This document shows positions 8,293-14,757 of a stretch of 17,764 bases of DNA, in pieces. This DNA comes from Bdellovibrionota bacterium. GTDB taxonomy: Bacteria; Bdellovibrionota_C; UBA2361; OMII01. The stretch covers positions 1 through 17,764 of the forward strand of contig JBIJBE010000061.1 of the NCBI GenBank assembly GCA_044345405.1, written 5' to 3'. A program made the translations under genes and the position numbers. The stretch's first letter is position 1, and every line of letters begins with the position of its first letter. Under the pieces are notes generated by a model. The model worked only from the letters and a program-made list of their open reading frames with translations. It did not search any database and was not told the origin of the DNA.

Positions 8293-8342
8293 ATACCTGA
8301 AGGATTCACAGGTAAACGGGCAGTTAGAGGTACCTTATCTAG

Positions 8343-8370
8343 ACGTGAACGTGCTCGTGCACGTTCACGT
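8343..8370. repeat. Perfect hairpin made from the same hexamer repeat, 3' of the response regulator gene
   Basis: ACGTGAACGTGC-TCGT-GCACGTTCACGT has a 12-bp perfect stem and a 4-nt loop. 8342-8364 is identical over 23 bp to 8129-8151. Confidence 0.85.
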
Positions 8371-8402
8371 GGGCAATGGCGGGTAAAAGAGCCGCCTACG
8401 CC

Positions 8403-9917
8403 CTACTCGTCGATAACGATCCCGTCCTGCCGATAATCGTGGAGCTTGTTTCGCAGGGTTCGGATACTGATACCGAGAAGCTTCGCCGCTTCGGTGCGAT
8501 TATTGTTGTTCGCTCGAAGGGTCTCAAGGATGAGAGCCTTCTCCATATCCTGAACCGTGGTGCCTGACCGGATAACGAGAGCGCCATCCTCGGTGGATGG
8601 AGAGCTCTCACGAATACACTCGATCGAATCAGCGAGACGAGTTGGCTGCGCGCTTCCGGCGACAGAAGCCGCTGAGAGCGACGCAGGTCGCTCATCACGC
8701 AACATATCCAACTGTTCCGATGGATTCATTGAGAGCAGGAAGTCGGACTGACGGGGAGCGCCTCCGGCGGAGAGGATCGCCGCCCGCTGCACCGCGTTTT
8801 GCAGCTCACGAATATTTCCTGGCCATGGATGGTTGAGGAGAGCCTCAAGGACCTGATCCGAAAGTCGTGGAGCGTTGTCTCCGAGAAACTGACGCATGAA
8901 GTACTCGGTGAGTACCTTAATGTCTGATTTACGCTCCCGAAGGGGTGGCAACGTCAACGGGATAACGTTCAAACGATAGTAAAGGTCCGCGCGGAATTTA
9001 CCCTCTCGAACGGAGTCCTCGAGATTTCGGTTGGTTGTCGCGAGCACGCGCACATCGATTGAGACCGGGTCCTTACCGCCCACACGATCTACCTCTCGCT
9101 CCTGCAACACACGGAGGAGCTTCGCTTGGAGCGCAAGCTCCATCTCGGAGATCTCATCCAACAGGATCGTGCCACCGTGCGCCATCTCGAACTTACCGAT
9201 CTTGCGGTTCTGCGCCCCGGTGAAGGCTCCCTTCTCATGTCCGAAGAGCTCACTCTCAAGGAGGCTCTCAGGCAACGCCGCGCAATTTACCGCCACGAAG
9301 GGCTGATTCGAACGGGGGCTACTCGCGTGAACAAAACGAGCGATAAGCTCCTTACCGGTTCCCGACTCACCTTGAATAAGAACGGTCGCCTCACTCCGAG
9401 CCACTGCCTCAGCTACCTCAAGCACGCGCTTCATGAGTGGATCTTGCGAGATGATAGGTCGTCCACGATTCTGCTTCGGAGCCCGTTGACGGGACGCTTT
9501 ACTCTCAGGCAAGAGGACTCGCTCAACGATACGCTCAAGGTCCTGCGCCGTGAACGGTTTCGTGATGAAATCAGCGGCGCCATTCTGCATCGCCTCAACC
9601 GCCTGGGTGATAGTGCCGTAGGCGGTAATCATAATGACCGGAACCTCACTCCCCTTCTTCTGAAGGCTCGCGAGCAGCTCGCTACCCGACATCTGGGGCA
9701 TCTGCTGATCAGAGATCACGAGATCAAAGTTCTCTCGCTCAAGAAGCTCAAGCGCGGAGAGTCCGTTGTTAACAACGGTAACGTCGAAATCCTTGCGACT
9801 CAGGCAGGTCTTTACGGCGAGTTGCATCTGCGGATCGTCATCGGCCACGAGAACTCGTTGCCGGCCATTCTGAGTGGCTCGCTCACCTGACTGATTAGTT
9901 GTGTCTTGTGTGTCCAT
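8403..9917 (-). CDS. Sigma54-dependent response regulator, FleR/FlrC-like (receiver, AAA+, HTH)
   Basis: Receiver domain (VLVADDD, LVISDQQMP, MITAYG, FITKPF), GESGTGKE, ESELFGHEKGAFTGA, LLDEISEM, WPGNIREL, and HTH LGISIRTLRNKL. Follows a histidine kinase in a flagellar locus. Confidence 0.9.
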   Translation of the reverse strand: MDTQDTTNQSGERATQNGRQRVLVADDDPQMQLAVKTCLSRKDFDVTVVNNGLSALELLERENFDLVISDQQMPQMSGSELLASLQKKGSEVPVIMITAYGTITQAVEAMQNGAADFITKPFTAQDLERIVERVLLPESKASRQRAPKQNRGRPIISQDPLMKRVLEVAEAVARSEATVLIQGESGTGKELIARFVHASSPRSNQPFVAVNCAALPESLLESELFGHEKGAFTGAQNRKIGKFEMAHGGTILLDEISEMELALQAKLLRVLQEREVDRVGGKDPVSIDVRVLATTNRNLEDSVREGKFRADLYYRLNVIPLTLPPLRERKSDIKVLTEYFMRQFLGDNAPRLSDQVLEALLNHPWPGNIRELQNAVQRAAILSAGGAPRQSDFLLSMNPSEQLDMLRDERPASLSAASVAGSAQPTRLADSIECIRESSPSTEDGALVIRSGTTVQDMEKALILETLRANNNNRTEAAKLLGISIRTLRNKLHDYRQDGIVIDE

Positions 9918-9929
9918 TCCTGACTCCCC

Positions 9930-10769
9930 TTAACCTTGAACCGCTCGACGCGGCAAAACCACCGTAAACTCAGCTCCCGGCGTGTTTTTCGCCGAGATCT
10001 CACCACCATGCGCTACAACAATTCGCTTCACTATCGACAACCCAAGACCAGTTCCCTCTCGGCGTCCCGAGGCGAACGGCTCGAACAAACGCGGAAAGAT
10101 CTCCGTCGGAATTCCGGCGCCATTATCCCGCACAACAAGGGTTACCGGGCCCTCAGGATCAGCATCCGACACACCGATCACTATGGATCCTGAGAAACCT
10201 GTCACCTGGAGTGAATTCGTAATCAGGTTGTAGAGGCACTGTCGAAGCGCTTGGGGGTCAGCGATAATAAATGGATTCCCCTTAACCGATACCGAGAGTA
10301 TCGCGGTCGCGCCGTACAAGCTCGTAAAGTGCTGTGCTACCTCCTGAACGACCGAGTGAAGATTTATAGGGCTTAGGTGGAGCTTATTATTCTTCGCGAA
10401 GTGGAGCACGTTCGATACAACCTGATTGAGGCTTGAGATACTCTTCTCTATCTCCTCAACGAGGTCCAAAGATTGCGGACGCTCCGCGAGATCTCCTTTC
10501 AGCATCGACACAAAGAGTGAGATAGCCCCGAGGGGATTTCGAACTTCGTGCGCGAGCGCCGCCGCGGTTTCACCGAGCACCGACAAACGCTCTGAGCGCT
10601 TAATCTCCTCGTCTTTCGCGCGAAGCTGTTCCCGTAGGTCCTCTACCTCCTGCATGAGCGCCGTATGACGAAGCTCTAATTTGGAGCTACTCTCGTTGAA
10701 ACGTTCCATCACCTCAACAAGGTTGGCCATCGGGTTAGCCGCAGGAGCTTTTTGTTTCGACGCGAACAT
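9930..10769 (-). CDS. Cytoplasmic histidine kinase, FleS/FlrB-like, with no PAS or TM domain
   Basis: H-box LAHEVRNPLG, N-box NLITNS, G1 VRDNGAGIP, F-box LFEPF, G2 GTGLGLSIV. The N-terminus is only a coiled coil of about 60 aa. Confidence 0.9.
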   Translation of the reverse strand: MFASKQKAPAANPMANLVEVMERFNESSSKLELRHTALMQEVEDLREQLRAKDEEIKRSERLSVLGETAAALAHEVRNPLGAISLFVSMLKGDLAERPQSLDLVEEIEKSISSLNQVVSNVLHFAKNNKLHLSPINLHSVVQEVAQHFTSLYGATAILSVSVKGNPFIIADPQALRQCLYNLITNSLQVTGFSGSIVIGVSDADPEGPVTLVVRDNGAGIPTEIFPRLFEPFASGRREGTGLGLSIVKRIVVAHGGEISAKNTPGAEFTVVLPRRAVQG

Positions 10770-10771
10770 AG

Positions 10772-11668
10772 TTACCCCACACTCACCTGTTCACGTTTCT
10801 TCCACTCCGCGACCTCCAGGGAGGCCTGCATCAGAATGATCCAAGAGTCGGAGGCCGGGAACTGCTTCTGAGCGATATCCGTGATGCGGCGAGCATCGTC
10901 GAGGTCACCCCGGGCGATGGCCGCTTGCACCAAGCTGTAATCACCCCAACTATCAACGAATGCCTCCGGGTGGTCGATCTTACCTTTCTCTATCCAGAAC
11001 TTCACGCGGTCATACTGCTGAGTCTCAAGCGCGATACCAGCCAGCATGCGCACAGCAACCGGCGTACGCGCGTGGTCCATCGGAATGGCTTCAAGGTTCT
11101 TCTGAGCGTCGGTGTATCGGGCGAGCTTAAGCTCAACTAAGCCGAGCGCGAAGTGCGCCTCGGCGCGATCCTGGGGCTGAACGTCCCCGAGCGCCTTCTC
11201 AAATCTCTCATGAGCGGACACATACGCGCCGGTTCGAAGGAGGCTCTGTCCCCATAGGAGATACGCGCGCCCACGAAGGGGAACGCTCTCCCGCATATAG
11301 CTAATCGCCTTCTCAGCGTAGAGAGCGGCTTCTTGGTACCTCTCCTCTTGATACTCGATAACACCACGAGAGAGGATCAAACGGGTACGAATGTCTTGGA
11401 AGATAGTTGGATCGCGGAGAACCGAATCGAATCCCTCGGCGGCCTGCCGGTTTAAGCCAAGCGCCCACGCGCTCTTCGCCGCGGCGATGCGAGTCTCCGT
11501 CATGAGCTTCTTATTAGGAAGGAGCTCATACATGGCGAGCGCCTTCATATGCTCTCCATCCGCGGAGAGTTGCTGCACCTGCGCCGCGTGCTGGGCCGAA
11601 GCGAGCGCCGGCGTTACAAGCACCAGTATGACGCTGAAAACTAGAGGTAATCGTAGAAGCGATTTCAT
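10772..11668 (-). CDS. Exported tetratricopeptide-repeat protein
   Basis: Likely start MKSLLRLPLVFSVILVLVTPALASA-QH (signal peptide with an ASA cleavage site; purine-rich GGAAGAGAG upstream) rather than the GTG at 11695. TPR-like helices include RGVIEYQEERYQEA, WGQSLLRTGAYVSA and AHFALGLVELKLARYTDA. Confidence 0.8.
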   Translation of the reverse strand: MKSLLRLPLVFSVILVLVTPALASAQHAAQVQQLSADGEHMKALAMYELLPNKKLMTETRIAAAKSAWALGLNRQAAEGFDSVLRDPTIFQDIRTRLILSRGVIEYQEERYQEAALYAEKAISYMRESVPLRGRAYLLWGQSLLRTGAYVSAHERFEKALGDVQPQDRAEAHFALGLVELKLARYTDAQKNLEAIPMDHARTPVAVRMLAGIALETQQYDRVKFWIEKGKIDHPEAFVDSWGDYSLVQAAIARGDLDDARRITDIAQKQFPASDSWIILMQASLEVAEWKKREQVSVG

Positions 11669-11707
11669 GGTATCTCTCTTCCGTAAGAGCCGCACAGGAT
11701 ACGACGA

Positions 11708-12814
11708 TTAGTTACATCCTCTCTCTACCTTCTCACCCTCATCATCACCAACGACGAGGACCTCAATCTTGCTCTCGAGTCCCTTCTTCTTAATCTTCTC
11801 GACCAGGGTCGTACGGTTGAGTCCCAACAGCTTGGCGGCCGCTTTCTTATTACCGTTGGTCTGTGAAAGCGCTGAGGAGATCAACTTACTCTCGTACGTA
11901 TCAACGAGTTCATTGAAATTAACGCCAGAGGATGGAAGGGCAAGATCCGAGAGGGCGAATGCCTGAGGCATGCCCGCTTCCTCAGTGATGTACTCAGGAA
12001 GATTGCTAGCCTCGATAACATCCCCATCGCTCAAGATAGCAAGGCGCTCAACCACGTTCTCAAGCTCTCGCACATTTCCTGGCCACCGATAGCTGGCCAT
12101 GAGCTCAAGGGCATTGGGAGAAAAGGCAAGATTTAGGCGACCGGTTTCCTCAGCTTGACGCGAAAGGAAGTGTTGCGCGAGATGGCGAACATCGTCTCCG
12201 CGCTCACGAAGAGCTGGCAGATTTACGGGCACAACCTGAAGACGATAGAAAAGATCCTCTCGGAAACGTCCAGCTTTCACCTCCTCCGCGAGGTCCTTGT
12301 TCGTAGCCGCTACCACTCGAACATCGACATCAATAGAGCGGGTTGAGCCAACGGGGTCTACCTTACGCTCTTGAAGTACTCGCAGAAGCTTTACCTGAAG
12401 CTTTGGGCTCATCTCGGCGATCTCATCGAGGAAGATCGTTCCACCATCGGCCAGTTGGAATCGTCCGACACGGTTACTGATGGCGCCCGTGAAGGAACCC
12501 TTCTCGTGTCCGAACAACTCACTCTCAAGGATCTCCTCAGGGATTGCGCCGCAGTTTACCGGCACCAATTTACCACTTCGACCACTGAGGGTGTGAAGCG
12601 CCCTGGCGATCAACTCCTTACCGGTTCCGCTCTCTCCAAGAATGAGAACGGTCGAGCGGGTCTTAGCCACCTTCTCCACAACACCAAATATCTTTCGCAT
12701 CTCAGCGCAGTCGCTTACGATACCAAGAAAAGGTGTGGGGCGTTCAGTTCTATCTGAGGCTGATACTGAGGGGAAAACGAGATCGAGTGAGCCAGAAAAC
12801 GCTTGATGCATCAT
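11708..12814 (-). CDS. Sigma54 enhancer-binding protein, FleQ/FlrA-like, lacking an N-terminal regulatory domain
   Basis: VLILGESGTGKE, VPVNCGAIP, ESELFGHEKGSFTGA, IFLDEIAEM and WPGNVREL. The HTH LNRTTLVEKIKK carries the RTTLVEK signature of FleQ/FlrA. An in-frame TGA at 12830-12832 rules out a longer N-terminus. AAGGAAGG RBS. Confidence 0.85.
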   Translation of the reverse strand: MMHQAFSGSLDLVFPSVSASDRTERPTPFLGIVSDCAEMRKIFGVVEKVAKTRSTVLILGESGTGKELIARALHTLSGRSGKLVPVNCGAIPEEILESELFGHEKGSFTGAISNRVGRFQLADGGTIFLDEIAEMSPKLQVKLLRVLQERKVDPVGSTRSIDVDVRVVAATNKDLAEEVKAGRFREDLFYRLQVVPVNLPALRERGDDVRHLAQHFLSRQAEETGRLNLAFSPNALELMASYRWPGNVRELENVVERLAILSDGDVIEASNLPEYITEEAGMPQAFALSDLALPSSGVNFNELVDTYESKLISSALSQTNGNKKAAAKLLGLNRTTLVEKIKKKGLESKIEVLVVGDDEGEKVERGCN

Positions 12815-12822
12815 GAGAACCT

Positions 12823-12869
12823 TCCTTGTTCAATACCGCCGTTGCTGAGAGGCGCTCCTGCACTCTCTC
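12823..12869 (-). promoter_or_regulatory. Candidate CsrA/RsmA-binding GGA motifs in the 5' leader of the FleQ-like gene
   Basis: Hairpin GAGAG-A-GUGC-AGGA-GCGC-CUCUC (12869-12847) presents AGGA in its loop. ACAAGGA (12829-12823) overlaps the SD and matches the ACARGGA core. Confidence 0.4.
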
Positions 12870-12940
12870 GTTGCTGTACTACGATCAACCTTGCGTCACA
12901 CCCCCTCACACAACTCGGGCGGCGCGACTGTCACAGATTT

Positions 12941-12956
12941 GGCAATCTCCGTACCA
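12941..12956 (-). promoter_or_regulatory. Candidate sigma54 (-24/-12) promoter for the regulatory operon
   Basis: Minus strand reads TGGTACG-GAGA-TTGCC. The invariant GG and GC are at canonical spacing, with one mismatch in TGGCACG. Confidence 0.7.
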
Positions 12957-13030
12957 GGCACGACTATCAATGTTAGATTCTTGACGATGCGGAACCGTCT
13001 CATCTCTTTTTAAGATTATATTTATCGAGA

Positions 13031-13043
13031 AAACAGCAGGTTA
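13031..13043 (+). promoter_or_regulatory. Candidate IHF site
   Basis: AAACAG-CAGG-TTA against WATCAR-N4-TTR, one mismatch. It follows an AT-rich tract (~13007-13025) and lies between the distal boxes and the sigma54 promoter. Confidence 0.4.
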
Positions 13044-13202
13044 CAGAGGCGAGTGTTATTTTTTTGAATGATCCGTGTCAGAAATTCGATGAACCCCCCG
13101 AGATTCGGGCCAAAGATTTATGTTCAGTTTTGTAACAAACGCGCCGATAAAGGGGCGCAAATTTTTCGCTCTCCGAACGATCGAACCAAGTCCACGTCTC
13201 CC

Positions 13203-13311
13203 CGTGAACGTGCTCGTGAACGTGAACGTACCCCATGGACCCCGGCTTTGGGTCAATGAAGTTGTTTTTATCGGGTACGTTCACGTTTACGAGCACGCGC
13301 ACGTTCACGTC
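13203..13311. repeat. Inverted pair of degenerate hexamer-repeat arms (element 2)
   Basis: Left arm 13203-13233 is CGTGAA-CGTGCT-CGTGAA-CGTGAA-CGTACCC. Right arm 13272-13311 is CGGGTACG-TTCACG-TTTACG-AGCACG-CGCACG-TTCACG-TC. The ~38-bp spacer contains a small hairpin, GACCC-CGGCTTT-GGGTC. 13271-13287 is identical to 8248-8264. Confidence 0.85.
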
Positions 13312-13359
13312 AAGTTGAGGGAGCCTCGATGATTAGCCCAACGTTCTCTGGGGGCGGAG

Positions 13360-13785
13360 TTAATTGAATGTATTTGTCGCGTCGTTCATCAATAGTCCGC
13401 GAAGCGCGAGACCGAGTGATATTCTGAACGATTCAGCGCAGCTTTCGATATGTCCGACCGGCGCTTGAATGACGGTTTTATAGCCGCATATCTTCCCAGT
13501 CATCTCAAAGCCCGCGTGAAAGAGAACAGCTTGCCGCGCTTCACATTGATGAATCATCTGCTCCACGGTCGGAAGCCAGATAAAGTTCGATCGGAGTTCG
13601 TCGGGACTTAATCCTTGCGGGTCTACAAGAATTGACACAGGATTTCTCAGACTTCTGTCCGTGACTTCGTCACCGACCTCAGGGTGCCAGAACAGCCCCG
13701 CAGTTTCGAGGTCTTGAGCGATGTAGATAAATTTGTCAGTTGGGGTTGCGCTCTTCTGCACAGCAGCCTCACTCGACGTCGTCAC
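13360..13785 (-). CDS. Hypothetical protein (141 aa)
   Basis: Clean ORF filling the intergenic space, with globular composition and motifs AQDLETAGLFWHPEVGD and IWLPTVEQM. GTG start with no obvious RBS. Confidence 0.75.
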   Translation of the reverse strand: MTTSSEAAVQKSATPTDKFIYIAQDLETAGLFWHPEVGDEVTDRSLRNPVSILVDPQGLSPDELRSNFIWLPTVEQMIHQCEARQAVLFHAGFEMTGKICGYKTVIQAPVGHIESCAESFRISLGLALRGLLMNDATNTFN

Positions 13786-13947
13786 ATGTTGGATCGACGG
13801 GAATTTAAGGTAACTTAACGAACTAAGGCTTAAATCCCCTTCTTAGTAGGTAAGATGCCGGGAGGACCTCGCAAAGAACCAAGCTTTTTTTGAGAGCTTC
13901 AGTAGCCGCCGTACGAGAACCACGTATCTCTAAACCATATGAGGGGC

Positions 13948-14190
13948 TTAGGACTCAGCGAGCCACAGAATAGTAAGGAATGAGAGTGCGGCGAGGGCGA
14001 CGAGGATAAGGAAGAGCTTAAAGAACAGCACGACAACAATGCCGATACCGAAGGCGGCCAGAGCTGATTTCTCGCCGTTTTCACGAACTGCGATACGAAG
14101 ATCATCGTACCTCTCCCGAGCCAGCGTTTTCCACCCTTCGGCGCTCCGAGAGCGAGCAAACTCCGTTATGTCTTTCAGTATATTCCGCAT
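13948..14190 (-). CDS. Small membrane protein with a C-terminal hydrophobic region (loosely YqjD/ElaB-like)
   Basis: Charged helical N-terminus followed by VRENGEKSALAAFGIGIVVVLFF and a further hydrophobic stretch. Preferred start is ATG 14190 (GGGA upstream); 14211 is an alternative. Confidence 0.65.
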   Translation of the reverse strand: MRNILKDITEFARSRSAEGWKTLARERYDDLRIAVRENGEKSALAAFGIGIVVVLFFKLFLILVALAALSFLTILWLAES

Positions 14191-14269
14191 GGTCCCACGT
14201 CCCACCACCATCCTATGACGCTCCCCAGAGGAACGCCATATTTCTTCTCGAAGAGTGACTCATCTTTCT

Positions 14270-14298
14270 TTGCAACTCACCGCCTACGGGTCTATACT
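14270..14298 (+). promoter_or_regulatory. Candidate sigma70 promoter for the cytochrome c-purM-acyl-CoA synthetase unit
   Basis: TTGCAA, 17-nt spacer, TATACT; about 90 nt upstream of the cytochrome c ATG. Confidence 0.6.
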
Positions 14299-14390
14299 TG
14301 CGGCGGCTTTCAAGGAAGAGCCCTGTACGATTCCTTGGATGAAGGCCAACGCAGAAAATGCGCTTAAATCTTTTATCTGAATGAGGTCCG

Positions 14391-14744
14391 ATGAAGACTC
14401 AACATACGATTATCGCGGTAGTTTCCTTGCTCCTCGCCGGCTCAAGCGCGGCGTTCGCGGCTGACGCGGCGAAAGGTGGAACGCTCTACGCTCAACGGTG
14501 CGCTATGTGCCACGGAGATAAGGGCGCTGGAGATGGACCTGTCGCGGCGACTATCCCTGAGGGAATGAAGCCTCGCAACCTCACCGCTGAGTACAAGTAC
14601 GCGACCGACGACGCGAAGTTCAAGGAGCTGCTTCAGAAGGGTGGCGCCGGCGTTGGATTGAGCCCGCTCATGCCAGCCCAATCTGACCTCAAGCCTGAGG
14701 ATCTCGATAACATCATCGCCTTCGTGAAGACCCTTAAAAAGTAA
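14391..14744 (+). CDS. Periplasmic mono-heme class I cytochrome c
   Basis: Signal peptide (...SSAAFA-ADA), a single CAMCH heme-binding motif, PRNLT, and a distal Met ligand in SPLMPA. GAGG RBS. Confidence 0.93.
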   Translation: MKTQHTIIAVVSLLLAGSSAAFAADAAKGGTLYAQRCAMCHGDKGAGDGPVAATIPEGMKPRNLTAEYKYATDDAKFKELLQKGGAGVGLSPLMPAQSDLKPEDLDNIIAFVKTLKK

Positions 14745-14757
14745 CGCGGTGCATTGA

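Larger units (their letters stand above)
12929..13091. promoter_or_regulatory. Cluster of degenerate GTCA-N6-TGAC boxes around the regulatory-operon promoter
   Basis: 12929-12944 TGTCA-CAGATT-TGGCA overlaps the -12 element. Others are 12971-12986 TGTTA-GATTCT-TGACG, 13076-13091 TGTCA-GAAATT-CGATG, and the weaker 13054-13069 TGTTA-TTTTTT-TGAAT. Confidence 0.5.

Noticed and set aside
8121-8309. 62-aa ORF containing VNELVNVNVNVP
   Set aside because: The dipeptide pattern is the translation of the stop-free hexamer repeat. There is no other sign of coding.
8129-8370. Possible CRISPR array (repeats with unique spacers)
   Set aside because: Arms alternate in orientation and vary in length, the spacers are unequal (80 and ~50 bp), and there are no cas genes.
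9126-9890. 254-aa plus-strand ORF, and similar antisense ORFs such as 667-1089, 1174-1695, 4209-4856 and 12371-12757
   Set aside because: These are shadow frames opposite well-supported conserved genes, with no recognisable motifs.
13056-13332. Four overlapping short ORFs with VNVNV, HVHEHVH, RERARERER and TFTFT runs (could be mistaken for a His-rich metal-binding peptide)
   Set aside because: All are reading frames of repeat element 2 on both strands and overlap the predicted enhancer region.
13803-13899. AT-rich inverted repeats (ATTTAAG...CTTAAAT and AAGCTT...GAGCTT) upstream of the 141-aa gene
   Set aside because: They are short and imperfect, and cannot be told from chance in an AT-rich intergenic stretch.
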